DNA of 32,000 bases, taken from contig NC_014034.1 in the NCBI RefSeq assembly GCF_000021865.1, forward strand, positions 420,001 through 452,000. Direction: 5' to 3'. Made by a program: the position numbers and the translations under genes. The notes under the pieces are model-generated. The model did no database searches and was not told the DNA's origin. It saw only the letters and a list, made by a program, of their open reading frames with translations. The first letter of the stretch is position 1, and every line of letters starts with the position of its first letter. Shown here one piece after another: positions 1 through 8,551 of the stretch. The DNA comes from Rhodobacter capsulatus SB 1003 (GTDB lineage: Bacteria; Pseudomonadota; Alphaproteobacteria; Rhodobacterales; Rhodobacteraceae).

Positions 1-1
1 G

Positions 2-187
2 ACGCCCCCCGTTCCGGCGGACCCCGCCGCGGCCGCTTCGGACGCTGCGGCGACGGAAGCTGCGACGACGCAGGCCGGAGCGGCCGAGGGGACCGAGGCC
101 GCCCTTGTCATTCCGGTCAACCCCGCCGCGCAATCGCCCGGCCACCCGAAACCGCGCCCGAAGAAACTGGGCGGGCGGGACAACTGA
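2..187 (+). CDS. 3' end of an upstream CDS (Ala/Pro/Thr-rich C-terminal tail); start lies outside the window
   Basis: The frame is open from the window edge to TGA 185-187, with strong G/C preference at third codon positions. It is absent from the ORF track because there is no start in the window. No family recognised. Confidence 0.35.
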   Translation, partial: TPPVPADPAAAASDAAATEAATTQAGAAEGTEAALVIPVNPAAQSPGHPKPRPKKLGGRDN

Positions 188-199
188 GGAGAGCCGCAG

Positions 200-529
200 A
201 TGAACAGAACCGAATTCGTCATCGCCACGGCGATCATCCTGTTTCTGGCCTTCTGCCTGGGCTGGTTCGCCTCCTGGCTGATCCACCGGCTGACCCGGGT
301 CACCGCGGCCGACATGGGCGAGCTGGAACAGATGGCGCAGGCGCTGCACGAGGCCGAGGAACAGCGCGATCAGGCCGTGGCCTATGTCGAAAGCCGCGAG
401 GCGGAGCTGACGAACCAGATCAACCAGACCGAGGCCGAACTCCGCGCGGCGATGGATGGGCTGCGCGATGCCCGCCACGAGGCCGAGGAACTGCGCGCCT
501 ATATCGAGCGCCTGCAAGCCGAGCGGTAA
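200..529 (+). CDS. Small membrane-anchored coiled-coil protein (hypothetical)
   Basis: AGGAG at 187-191 lies 8 nt upstream of the ATG. An N-terminal hydrophobic helix (FVIATAIILFLAFCLGWFASWLI) is followed by a Glu/Ala/Arg/Gln-rich helical region. No family recognised. Confidence 0.6.
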   Translation: MNRTEFVIATAIILFLAFCLGWFASWLIHRLTRVTAADMGELEQMAQALHEAEEQRDQAVAYVESREAELTNQINQTEAELRAAMDGLRDARHEAEELRAYIERLQAER

Positions 530-587
530 CGGCGGATTTCGCCGCCGCCCGCTTGTCTGCGCGCGGCCCCGGGCCTACATCGGGGGC

Positions 588-1415
588 ATGAACATCACCC
601 GATCCCTCCCCGCCCCGTTCTTCCGCCGTCCGCCGCGCGTGGCCGTTGTCCGGCTGCAGGGCGCGATCGGGATCAGCCGTCCCGGGGCGCCGGGCCTGTC
701 GGATGCCGCGCTGGCCGAGACGCTGGAGCGCGCCTTTCGCAAGGGCAAGCCGGTGGCGGTGGCGCTGATCATCAATTCCCCCGGCGGCTCTCCGGTGCAA
801 TCCTCGCTGATCGCGGCGCGGATCCGGGCCCTGGCGGCGGAAACCGGCCTGCCGGTGCATGCTTTCATCGAGGATGTGGCGGCCTCGGGCGGCTACTGGC
901 TGGCCTGCGCCGCCGATGACATCTGGGCCGATGCCACCTCGATCGTCGGCTCGATCGGGGTGATCTCCTCGGGCTTCGGCTTTGCCGATCTGATCGGCCG
1001 CTACGGCGTCGAGCGGCGGGTGCATACGGCGGGCGGTTCGAAAAGTTTCCTTGACCCGTTCCGACCGGAAAAGCCCGAAGATGTGGACCGGCTGACCCGG
1101 CTTCTGGAAGACATGCACCGCGCCTTCAAGGCCTGGGTGACCGACCGGCGGGGCGCGAAGCTGGCTGCGGGGGCGGATCTCTTCACCGGCGAGATCTGGA
1201 CCGGGGCGCAGGCGCTGGAAACCGGGCTGATCGACGGGCTGGCGCATCCGGGGCCGAAGCTGCGGGCGCTTTACGGCGACAAGGTGAAGCTGGTGCCCTA
1301 TGGTCCGCGCCGGTCCTGGCTGCGCCGTTTCGGCGCCAGCATGGCAGCCGAGGCGGCGGTTTCCGTGCTGGAGGCCGCCGAGGAACGGGCGCTTTGGGCG
1401 CGGGTCGGGCTTTGA
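588..1415 (+). CDS. S49 family serine peptidase (SppA 36K / SohB-like signal peptide peptidase)
   Basis: S49-like motifs VALIINSPGGSP and EDVAASGGYWLACAAD. The track ORF starts at 456 but overlaps the previous gene, so ATG 588 was chosen. Confidence 0.85.
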   Translation: MNITRSLPAPFFRRPPRVAVVRLQGAIGISRPGAPGLSDAALAETLERAFRKGKPVAVALIINSPGGSPVQSSLIAARIRALAAETGLPVHAFIEDVAASGGYWLACAADDIWADATSIVGSIGVISSGFGFADLIGRYGVERRVHTAGGSKSFLDPFRPEKPEDVDRLTRLLEDMHRAFKAWVTDRRGAKLAAGADLFTGEIWTGAQALETGLIDGLAHPGPKLRALYGDKVKLVPYGPRRSWLRRFGASMAAEAAVSVLEAAEERALWARVGL

Positions 1416-1416
1416 C

Positions 1417-1584
1417 ATGCTGATCAAGGCCGCGATCCTGTTCGTGCTGGTGATGGTCGGGCTGGCATTTTTCGGCCGCCTGCGCCTGCCGGGCCGCAAG
1501 GCGCCGCCGCTCTTGCGCAAGAACTGCCCGCGCTGCGGCAGGCCGCGGATCGGGGCGGGGCCCTGTCCCTGCGGAAAGGGCTGA
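1417..1584 (+). CDS. 55-aa membrane protein with a C-terminal CxxC-X9-CxC cysteine cluster (hypothetical)
   Basis: The ATG lies 1 nt after the S49 peptidase stop (TGA 1413-1415). It has a TM helix (AAILFVLVMVGLAFF) and then CPRCGRPRIGAGPCPCG. The track ORF 1300..1584 was trimmed to the internal Met. Confidence 0.45.
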   Translation: MLIKAAILFVLVMVGLAFFGRLRLPGRKAPPLLRKNCPRCGRPRIGAGPCPCGKG

Positions 1585-1586
1585 GG

Positions 1587-2069
1587 ATGGATGTGATTTG
1601 CCATGATATTCCGCCCGCCCTTGCGGCGCCGCTGACCGAGGCGCTGGCGCTGTGCGCGTTGCGGCCGGTGCAGACCGGGGCCGCGGTGCTTCTGCTTGGC
1701 ACCGAGGATCCGGCGCAGGCCTTGGCGCGGATCGCCGATTTCGCCGCAAGCCGTCCCGAGGCGGGCCGGGCGGGCGCCGACCGGATCGCCAGCGGTCAGG
1801 TGGTCTGGCTGCTGCCCGCGGGGCAGGCGGCGGTGCTGCAGGGCACGCTGGCGCGGGCCGCCTTGGCCCATGCGCCGCAGCTGCGGGTGAATGCGATCCA
1901 TTTGGCGCCGCGCCGTCCGCCCCCCGCGCCCTGGCAGGCGGCCTGGATCGCCGCGACGCAGCATCCGGGGCCGCCCCCCCTGCCGCAGGCCCTGGCGCGG
2001 GCGCTGGGCCTGCTGCTGCAGGGTCCGGCGCTGACCGGACAAGTGGTTAACATTGCGGCCTTGCGTTAA
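1587..2069 (+). CDS. Hypothetical protein with degenerate SDR-like C-terminal motifs
   Basis: The ATG lies 2 nt after the previous stop. RVNAIHLAP and LTGQVVNI resemble the RVNAIxPG and ITGQ motifs of short-chain dehydrogenases, but no TGxxxGxG or YxxxK is visible. Confidence 0.5.
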   Translation: MDVICHDIPPALAAPLTEALALCALRPVQTGAAVLLLGTEDPAQALARIADFAASRPEAGRAGADRIASGQVVWLLPAGQAAVLQGTLARAALAHAPQLRVNAIHLAPRRPPPAPWQAAWIAATQHPGPPPLPQALARALGLLLQGPALTGQVVNIAALR

Positions 2070-2081
2070 TTGATCCTTAAC
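2066..2081 (+). promoter_or_regulatory. Perfect CtrA-box consensus TTAA-N7-TTAAC
   Basis: ttaa ttgatcc ttaac read directly. It overlaps the TAA stop (2067-2069) of ORF 1587..2069. An additional TTAAC half-site lies at 2047-2051. Confidence 0.5.
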
Positions 2082-2128
2082 CTTTTCGCCGCCGAACCGG
2101 GGGGGCTGGCGCGTGACTCAGCGGCAAG

Positions 2129-2137
2129 TTGTCCACG
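2129..2137 (+). promoter_or_regulatory. DnaA-box-like 9-mer TTGTCCACG (7/9 to TTATCCACA)
   Basis: Read directly, inside the AT-rich island. Confidence 0.3.
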
Positions 2138-2316
2138 TTTCGCGCAGGTGTAAACAAAGGGTTACAATTCTCTCAATCCTTTCAGGGGCTTGCTTTTGAT
2201 GAAAATAATTTCCAATCAAAATCAACGCCTTGCCGGACTGCCTATTTTTTAGTCAAGCTTGTGAAAGGGGCTGGATTCAAGGGAAATCTGCAGATCGCCA
2301 AATCTTTCCCACGAAC

Positions 2317-2325
2317 TTATCCACA
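2317..2325 (+). promoter_or_regulatory. Perfect DnaA box TTATCCACA
   Basis: Exact 9/9 match read directly, about 40 nt upstream of the uvrC ATG. It is flanked by weaker boxes TTTCCCACG (2305-2313) and inverted CTGTCCACC (2331-2339). Confidence 0.5.
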
Positions 2326-2363
2326 GAAACGGTGGACAGCTTTCCGCTTGTATTTGGCGAAGC

Positions 2364-4295
2364 ATGGTTGCAACCCAGACAGAGAATCAGAGGGCCAGAA
2401 TGACGGACGGATGCGATCTTCCCGATGGTGCTGCGACGCAGCAGGGCGTGCGGTTGAAAGGCCATGCGCTGATCGCGGATTACGTCAGCCGTCTTGACGG
2501 ATCTCCGGGCGTCTATCGCATGCTGAATGCGGCGCAGGAGGTGCTTTACGTCGGCAAGGCCCGCAATCTGAAGGCGCGGGTGTCGAATTATGCGCGCACC
2601 ACCGGCCATTCGGGCCGGATCGCGCGGATGATTTCCGAAACCACCCACATGATGTTCCTGACCACGCGCACGGAAACCGAGGCGCTGCTTCTGGAACAGA
2701 ACCTGATCAAGCAGCTGAAGCCGCGCTACAACGTGCTTTTGCGCGACGACAAGAGCTTTCCCTATATCCTGATTGCCGGGGATCACCCGTTTCCGATGAT
2801 CCGCAAGCATCGCGGCGCAAGGACCGTCAAGGGCGCCTATTTCGGGCCCTTTGCCAGCGCCTCGGCGGTCAATCGCACGCTCAATCATCTGGAACGGGCG
2901 TTTCAGCTGCGCAACTGCTCGGATGCGATGTTTTCCTCGCGCACGCGGGCCTGTCTGCAATATCAGATCAAGCGCTGTTCCGGCCCCTGCGTGGGCAAGA
3001 TCAGCGAAGACGACTACCGCCGCACGGTGGCCGACGCGCAACGGTTCCTTGAGGGGAAGTCGTCCAGCATCCAGCAGGATCTGGCGGCCGAGATGAGCGC
3101 GGCCTCCGAGGCGATGGAATATGAACGCGCGGCGGCGCTGCGCGACCGGATCGGCGCCTTGACGACGGTGCAGCAAAGCCAGGGCATCAACCCGCGCTCG
3201 GTGGCCGAGGCCGATGTGGTCGCGGTGCATCTGGAGGGGGGCCAGGCCTGCGTGCAGGTCTTTTTCATCCGCGCGCATCAAAGCTGGGGCAATCACGATT
3301 TCTACCCCCGTACCGGCGCGGGCGCCGAGGAGGCCGAGGTGCTGGAGGCCTTTCTGGCGCAGTTCTACGACGCCAAGGAGCCGCCGAAGACGATCCTGCT
3401 CAGCCACGAGATCGAGGATGCCGATCTGATGATCGATCTTTTGTCCACCCGCGCCGGGCGCAAGGTGGAGCTGGCGGTGCCGAAGCGCGGCGAGAAAGCC
3501 GAGCTTGTGGAAAATGCGCTGCGCAATGCGCGCGAAAGTCTGGGCCGCAAGATGTCGGAATCGGCGGCGCAGGCGAAGCTGCTGCTGGGGGTGGCCGCGG
3601 CCTTCGGGCTGCCGAAGCCCCCGGACCGGATCGAGGTCTATGACAACTCGCATATTCAGGGCGCCCATGCGGTGGGCGGCATGATCGTCGCGGGGCCCGA
3701 GGGGCTGATGAAATCCTCTTACCGCAAGTTCAACATCAAGGGCGAGGATCTGACCCCCGGCGACGATTTCGGCATGATGAAGGAGGTTCTGACGCGGCGC
3801 TTCGAGCGGCTTCTGCGCGAGGACCCCGAGCGCAAGACCGACCTTTGGCCCGATCTTTTGCTGATCGACGGCGGCGCGGGGCAGGTCTCGGCCGTGCATG
3901 AAATCATGGTCGCGCTGGGGGTGGCCGATATCGCGATGGTTGGGGTGGCCAAGGGCATCGACCGCGATCTGGGCAAGGAGGAGTTCCACCGCATCGGGCA
4001 CCGCCCGATGGCGCTGCCGCGGCAGGACCCGGTGCTTTACTACATCCAGCGGCTGCGCGACGAGGCCCACCGCTGGGCGATCGGCGCGCATCGGGCGAAG
4101 CGGGCGAAAGCCACGATGGCCAATCCGCTCGATGAAATCCCCGGCATCGGGGCGACGCGCAAACGCGCGCTTCTGGCGCATTTCGGCTCGGCCAAGGCGG
4201 TCAGCCGCGCGGGCGAGAGCGATCTGATGGAAGTTCCCGGCATTTCCGCCGCCATGGCCGAGACGATCTGGAACTTCTTCAACGATCGGGGTTGA
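2364..4295 (+). CDS. uvrC: Excinuclease ABC subunit C (UvrC)
   Basis: GIY-YIG motif ([28 protein letters not shown]), UVR-domain region and C-terminal helix-hairpin-helix ([18 protein letters not shown]). An alternative start is ATG 2400. Confidence 0.95.
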   Translation: MVATQTENQRARMTDGCDLPDGAATQQGVRLKGHALIADYVSRLDGSPGVYRMLNAAQEVLYVGKARNLKARVSNYARTTGHSGRIARMISETTHMMFLTTRTETEALLLEQNLIKQLKPRYNVLLRDDKSFPYILIAGDHPFPMIRKHRGARTVKGAYFGPFASASAVNRTLNHLERAFQLRNCSDAMFSSRTRACLQYQIKRCSGPCVGKISEDDYRRTVADAQRFLEGKSSSIQQDLAAEMSAASEAMEYERAAALRDRIGALTTVQQSQGINPRSVAEADVVAVHLEGGQACVQVFFIRAHQSWGNHDFYPRTGAGAEEAEVLEAFLAQFYDAKEPPKTILLSHEIEDADLMIDLLSTRAGRKVELAVPKRGEKAELVENALRNARESLGRKMSESAAQAKLLLGVAAAFGLPKPPDRIEVYDNSHIQGAHAVGGMIVAGPEGLMKSSYRKFNIKGEDLTPGDDFGMMKEVLTRRFERLLREDPERKTDLWPDLLLIDGGAGQVSAVHEIMVALGVADIAMVGVAKGIDRDLGKEEFHRIGHRPMALPRQDPVLYYIQRLRDEAHRWAIGAHRAKRAKATMANPLDEIPGIGATRKRALLAHFGSAKAVSRAGESDLMEVPGISAAMAETIWNFFNDRG

Positions 4296-4328
4296 CGGAC
4301 GGGCCGCCCCGTCGTAGCGCCCGCCCCC

Positions 4329-5381
4329 ATGACCGCACCCGTGACCACCGCCCTGACCCGCCCCGAAGACCTTCTGGCCGAGGGTCTGGTGACGCCCGGG
4401 CAGATGCCCGATCTGACCCAGGTGGCGCAGGACTTCCGCATCCGGGTGACGCCCGCGATGCGCGCGGCGATCACCGCGCCCGCGGACCCGGTGGCGGCGC
4501 AATTCGTGCCCTCTGCGGCGGAACTGATCACCCGGCCCGAGGAACGCGCCGATCCGATCGGCGATGCCGTGCATTCCCCGGCGCCCGGGCTGACGCATCG
4601 CTACCCCGACCGGGCGATCTTGCACATCACCAAGACCTGCGACGTCTATTGCCGCTTCTGCTTTCGCCGCGAAACTGTGGGCGAGACCGGGCCTCTGCCG
4701 GAACCCGATCTGGCGCAGGCGCTCGAGTACATCGCCGCGACGCCGGCCCTGCGCGAGATCATCCTGACCGGCGGCGATCCCTTGACGCTGTCGCCCCGCA
4801 GGCTGGAAGACGTGCTGACCCGGCTTTCGGCTATCCCCCATATCACCACCCTGCGCTTTCATTCCCGCGTGCCGGTGGTGGCGCCCGAGCGGATCACGCC
4901 TGCGCTGGTCGCGCTGTTGCGGGCGCAACGCCCCGCCGTCTGGGTGGTTGTGCACACCAACCACGCGCAGGAGCTGACCGCGCCCGCCCGCGCGGCGCTT
5001 GCGCGGCTCGTGGATGCCGGGGTGCCGCTTCTGTCGCAATCGGTCCTGCTCAAAGGCGTGAACGACAGTCACGACGCGCTGCGCGACCTGTTTCGTGCGC
5101 TGCAAGATTGCCGGGTGAAGCCCTATTACCTGCATCATTGCGATCTGGCCCCCGGCACCGGGCATTTCCGCACCACGATCGCGGCGGGCCGTGCGCTGAT
5201 GGCCGGGCTGCGCGGGCCTCTGAGCGGGGCGGCGATCCCGACCTATGTGCTCGATATTCCGGGCGGCTTCGGCAAGGTGCCGATCACCGCCGATCATGTC
5301 GCCCCGGGGGCGCGGCCGGGCCTGTGGCGCGTCACCGACTGGCGGGGCGGCGTTCACGATTACGCCGACCCCGCAAGCTGA
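4329..5381 (+). CDS. KamA-family radical SAM protein (lysine 2,3-aminomutase / EpmB-like)
   Basis: CDVYCRFCFRRE (CxxxCxxC), GGDPL, RFHSRVP and YYLHHCD motifs are colinear with E. coli EpmB (YjeK). At 350 aa its size is EpmB-like rather than clostridial KamA-like. Confidence 0.88.
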   Translation: MTAPVTTALTRPEDLLAEGLVTPGQMPDLTQVAQDFRIRVTPAMRAAITAPADPVAAQFVPSAAELITRPEERADPIGDAVHSPAPGLTHRYPDRAILHITKTCDVYCRFCFRRETVGETGPLPEPDLAQALEYIAATPALREIILTGGDPLTLSPRRLEDVLTRLSAIPHITTLRFHSRVPVVAPERITPALVALLRAQRPAVWVVVHTNHAQELTAPARAALARLVDAGVPLLSQSVLLKGVNDSHDALRDLFRALQDCRVKPYYLHHCDLAPGTGHFRTTIAAGRALMAGLRGPLSGAAIPTYVLDIPGGFGKVPITADHVAPGARPGLWRVTDWRGGVHDYADPAS

Positions 5382-5430
5382 GTGTCGCACCCCCCTTTTC
5401 CTTGGCCCCGCCCGGGGCTAGGGTGCGGGC

Positions 5431-6060
5431 ATGAAATGGAACCTGCCCAACTCGCTGACCGTTTTGCGCCTGATCGCCGCCCCCGGCGTCGCGGTGATGT
5501 TCCTTTACTTCGCCCGTCCCTGGGCCGACTGGTTCGCGCTGACGCTGTTCATCGGCGCGGCCGTCACCGACTGGTTTGACGGCTATCTGGCGCGGGCCTG
5601 GAAGCAGGAAAGCAAGTTCGGCGCCATGCTCGACCCGATCGCCGACAAGGCGATGGTGGTGATCGCGCTTGTGGTCATCACCGGCTATTCCGGCATGAAC
5701 CCCTGGCTGATCCTGCCCGCGACGGTGATCCTGTTCCGGGAGGTTTTCGTCTCGGGGCTGCGCGAATTCATCGGCGCCGATGCGGGCAAGCTCAAGGTCA
5801 CGAAACTGGCGAAATGGAAGACCACGGCGCAGATGGTGGCGATTGCCATCCTGTTCCTGGGCACCGGGCTTGATTATCTGGAAAAGGGCCGGGCACCCCG
5901 CGCGGGCGAGGGCAACCTGCCCAATTTCGCCAGCCTCGCCGATCTGGCCAATCACGTCGGTCTGGCGCTGATCTGGGTGGCCGCGGTGCTGACCGCGATC
6001 ACCGGCTGGGATTATTTCCGCAAGGCGCTGCCCTTCCTGCGCGATCACAAGGACAGCTGA
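5431..6060 (+). CDS. pgsA: CDP-diacylglycerol--glycerol-3-phosphate 3-phosphatidyltransferase
   Basis: CDP-alcohol phosphatidyltransferase motif DWFDGYLARAWKQESKFGAMLDPIADK, with multiple TM helices. Confidence 0.9.
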   Translation: MKWNLPNSLTVLRLIAAPGVAVMFLYFARPWADWFALTLFIGAAVTDWFDGYLARAWKQESKFGAMLDPIADKAMVVIALVVITGYSGMNPWLILPATVILFREVFVSGLREFIGADAGKLKVTKLAKWKTTAQMVAIAILFLGTGLDYLEKGRAPRAGEGNLPNFASLADLANHVGLALIWVAAVLTAITGWDYFRKALPFLRDHKDS

Positions 6061-6069
6061 GGGAAGGGC

Positions 6070-6088
6070 AGAAGGCGTTACGCCTTCT
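6070..6088. terminator. Hairpin between convergent pgsA and plsY (AGAAGGCG-tta-CGCCTTCT)
   Basis: An 8-bp perfect stem read directly. The loop is the plsY stop codon (tta 6078-6080). There is no U-tract, so terminator function is an inference. Confidence 0.4.
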
Positions 6089-6692
6089 TGCCGATCCGCG
6101 GTTCGGTGCCTGCCAGGATCCGCTCGATATTGGCGCGGTGACGCACGAAGATCAGCACCGCCATCAGCGCCGTCACCGGCATATAGGCCTGATCGCCCAG
6201 CAGATAGGCCAAGGGCACCGCCCCCGCCGCGGCCACCAGCGCCGAAAGCGAGGAAATCCGCCCCACCGCGGCGGCAATCAGCCAGGTGCCGCAGGCGCCC
6301 AGACCCAAAAACCAGTCCAGCGCGATCAGCGTGCCAAGGAAAGTCGCAACCCCCTTGCCGCCCTTGAACTTCAGCCAGACCGGGTAAAGATGCCCGATGA
6401 AGGCCGCACCGCCCGCCACAACGGCCGCGGTGTCGTTGCCTTCCAGCAGCGCGCGGGCGATCAGCACCGCCACCGCCCCCTTGGCGCCATCCAGGATCAA
6501 CGTCGCCGCCGCCGCCGCCTTGTTGCCGGTGCGCAGCACATTCGTCGCGCCGATATTGCCCGAGCCGATCTTGCGCAGATCGCCCAGACCGAATGCCTTG
6601 GTGATCACGACGCCAAAAGGCACCGAGCCCAGCAGGTAGCCAAGCCCCGCCACCGCCAGAAGCAGCATCGCCTCCGCATGCAGATCCGCCAT
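6078..6692 (-). CDS. plsY: Glycerol-3-phosphate acyltransferase PlsY
   Basis: GSGNIGATNVLRTGNK motif and a polytopic membrane profile. It lies 21 nt downstream of pyrC'. Confidence 0.93.
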   Translation of the reverse strand: MADLHAEAMLLLAVAGLGYLLGSVPFGVVITKAFGLGDLRKIGSGNIGATNVLRTGNKAAAAATLILDGAKGAVAVLIARALLEGNDTAAVVAGGAAFIGHLYPVWLKFKGGKGVATFLGTLIALDWFLGLGACGTWLIAAAVGRISSLSALVAAAGAVPLAYLLGDQAYMPVTALMAVLIFVRHRANIERILAGTEPRIGKKA

Positions 6693-6713
6693 CCTTGCCC
6701 CCGTCCGTTCTTG

Positions 6714-7985
6714 TTATGCCTGCCCGTGAACCTGCACCCCGCCGACGAAAGTGGCAAGCACCTTGCCCGTCAGCCTGGCGCCGTCAAAAGGCGTGTTCTT
6801 CGATTTCGAGGCCAGCGTGAACCGGTCCAGCACAAAGGGCGCCTCCGGGTCGAACAGCACCAGATCGGCCGGACTTCCCTCGCAAAGTCGGCCCTGCGGC
6901 AGCCCCATCAGCCGCGCCGGATTGAGCGCAAGCGCGCGGAACAGCCCCGGCAGGTCAAGGCTTCCTGCGTGATAAAGCCGCAGCGCCGCGGGCAGCAGGG
7001 TTTCCAGCCCGACCGCACCGGCCGCCGCCTCCTCATAGGGCAGGCGTTTTGATTCCTCGTCCGCCGGGGTGTGCATCGAACAGAGGATGTCGATCACGCC
7101 CTCGGCGAGCGCCTGCACCATCGCCAGCCGGTCGTCTTCGGACCGAAGCGGCGGCGTCAGCTTGAAGAAGGTGCGGTAATTGCCGACGTCGAATTCGTTC
7201 AGCGTCAGGTGATGCACCGACACGCCCGCCGTCACCGGCAGCCCGGCCGCCTTGGCGCGGGACAGCGCGGGCAGGGCGCGGGCGGTGGTGATCTGATCGG
7301 CGTGATAGCGCACCCCGGTCATCTCGACCAAGGCCAGATCGCGGTCGAGCCCCATCCGTTCCGCCATCGGGCTGACCGCGGGCAGGCCGCGCAAGCTGGC
7401 GAACTTGCCCGAGGTGACGGCGGCGCCTTTCGACAGCCCCGGGTCCTGCGGGTGACACAGCACCAGCGCCCCCAGGCTGCGGGCATAGGTGAAGGCGCGG
7501 GACAGCACCTTGGTGTCGGCGCAGACATGATCGGCATCGGTGAAGGCGATGGCGCCCGCATCCATCAGAAAGCCGATCTCGGTCATCTCGCGGCCCGCGC
7601 GGCCCTTGGTCAGCGCGGCCATGTGGCGGATGCGCACCGGCGCCTCGGCGGCGCGGCGGGTGACGAATTCCAGCGTCTCGGGCGTGTCGATGGCGGGGCT
7701 GGTGTCGGGACGGGCGATGATCGTGGTCACGCCGCCGCGCGCCGCGGCCAGCCCCGCGGTGCGGAAGCTTTCCTTGTGCCGTTCGCCGGGTTCGCCGATC
7801 TTCACGCCGATATCGACGATCCCCGGCGCCAGGCATTTGCCGCCGCAGTCGATCACCCGGGCATCCGCGGGGGCCTGCATCTGGCCGATCGCGGCAATGA
7901 TGCCGCCATCGACGACAAGATTGCCAACCGTCTCGGTGCCCGCTTCGGGGTCGATCAGCCGGGCGTTTTCAAAAAATACGGTCAT
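6714..7985 (-). CDS. pyrC: Dihydroorotase-like protein, probably non-catalytic PyrC' (ATCase-associated)
   Basis: Amidohydrolase/DHOase fold (PGIVDIGVKIGEPGERHKESFRTAGLAAARGGVTT ... VHHLTLNE ... KLTPPLR). The HxH metal motif reads GVK, and TDHAPH reads SMHTPAD. The start ATG 7985 overlaps the upstream stop (ATGA). The track ORF extends spuriously to 8411. Confidence 0.85.
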   Translation of the reverse strand: MTVFFENARLIDPEAGTETVGNLVVDGGIIAAIGQMQAPADARVIDCGGKCLAPGIVDIGVKIGEPGERHKESFRTAGLAAARGGVTTIIARPDTSPAIDTPETLEFVTRRAAEAPVRIRHMAALTKGRAGREMTEIGFLMDAGAIAFTDADHVCADTKVLSRAFTYARSLGALVLCHPQDPGLSKGAAVTSGKFASLRGLPAVSPMAERMGLDRDLALVEMTGVRYHADQITTARALPALSRAKAAGLPVTAGVSVHHLTLNEFDVGNYRTFFKLTPPLRSEDDRLAMVQALAEGVIDILCSMHTPADEESKRLPYEEAAAGAVGLETLLPAALRLYHAGSLDLPGLFRALALNPARLMGLPQGRLCEGSPADLVLFDPEAPFVLDRFTLASKSKNTPFDGARLTGKVLATFVGGVQVHGQA

Positions 7986-8551
7986 CTGAGCGCCTCCCGG
8001 GCGTTTCGCAAGATCGCAAAGACTTCGGGCGCATCCAGGATGCCCTGAAAGCCGATCTCCTCGGTTTTCGTGCCGCGTGTGCGGGTGGCAAAGATCACGC
8101 CGCCCGCCTTGTCGCCGCCGGTCAGCCGCAGCGGCATCTCGGCGGTGATCGGATAGGTTTCCAGCCGCTTGCCCCGCCACGGATGCGGCCGCGCGATATA
8201 GGCCGCGCGGGTCGACAGGGTAAAGACGGTGCCGGTGATCCGCCGCCGGTCGGCCCAAAGCGCCGCCCCGGTCAGGCCAAGGCCCGCCGTGATCAGCAGC
8301 CCGCCTGTCAGGCCCGAAAGCACCGCCCCGGCACCAACCAGCGCCGCCGCCGCCAGCAGCGCGGGGGCAAGGCGCGTCCAGCCGATGCGGCGCAGCGGAT
8401 GTCCCTGCCACAGAATGCGTTCGCCCGGTTCCATCACGCCGTCCCAGCCCGCAGGAACCGAGGTCGGGTCATGCGGGATCTCGGTCAGGGCCCGTTCGGA
8501 CGGCGGCAGCGGCGCCTCGGTCCCGCGCGGGGTTGCGCGCGGCGGTCTCAT
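7982..8551 (-). CDS. Membrane protein with C-terminal bacterial PH-domain-like fold (hypothetical)
   Basis: It has ATGA overlaps at both ends (8548-8551 and 7982-7985). Two predicted TM helices (LAPALLAAAALVGAGAVLSGL, LLITAGLGLTGAALW) are followed by a beta-rich segment (TVFTLSTRAAYIA ... VIFATR ... FQGILDAPEVFAILRNA). An alternative start is Met40. Confidence 0.6.
   Translation of the reverse strand: MRPPRATPRGTEAPLPPSERALTEIPHDPTSVPAGWDGVMEPGERILWQGHPLRRIGWTRLAPALLAAAALVGAGAVLSGLTGGLLITAGLGLTGAALWADRRRITGTVFTLSTRAAYIARPHPWRGKRLETYPITAEMPLRLTGGDKAGGVIFATRTRGTKTEEIGFQGILDAPEVFAILRNAREALR

Noticed and set aside
420-2042. 540-aa minus-strand ORF
   Set aside because: It is antisense to the S49 peptidase operon. 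It has Arg/Pro/Gly-rich composition and no motifs, so it is a high-GC artefact.
2151-2166. Second CtrA-like site TAAA-N7-TTACA
   Set aside because: It has too many mismatches to TTAA-N7-TTAAC to be distinguished from AT-rich background.
2311-2330. Possible alphaproteobacterial LexA/SOS box (GAAC-N7-GAAC / GTTC-N7-GTTC) in front of uvrC
   Set aside because: GAAC at 2314-2317 is followed after 7 nt by CAGA, not GAAC. No direct-repeat SOS box is present.
2129-2497. 122-aa ORF inside the AT-rich island
   Set aside because: It starts at a TTG, runs into uvrC in another frame, and lacks the GC3 bias of real genes here. The region is better explained as regulatory or non-coding.
2277-5390. 1037-aa ORF on the minus strand
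   Set aside because: It lies entirely antisense to uvrC and the KamA-family gene, both of which have clear family motifs. The translation is Arg/Gly/Pro/His-rich low-complexity sequence typical of wrong-frame ORFs in high-GC DNA.
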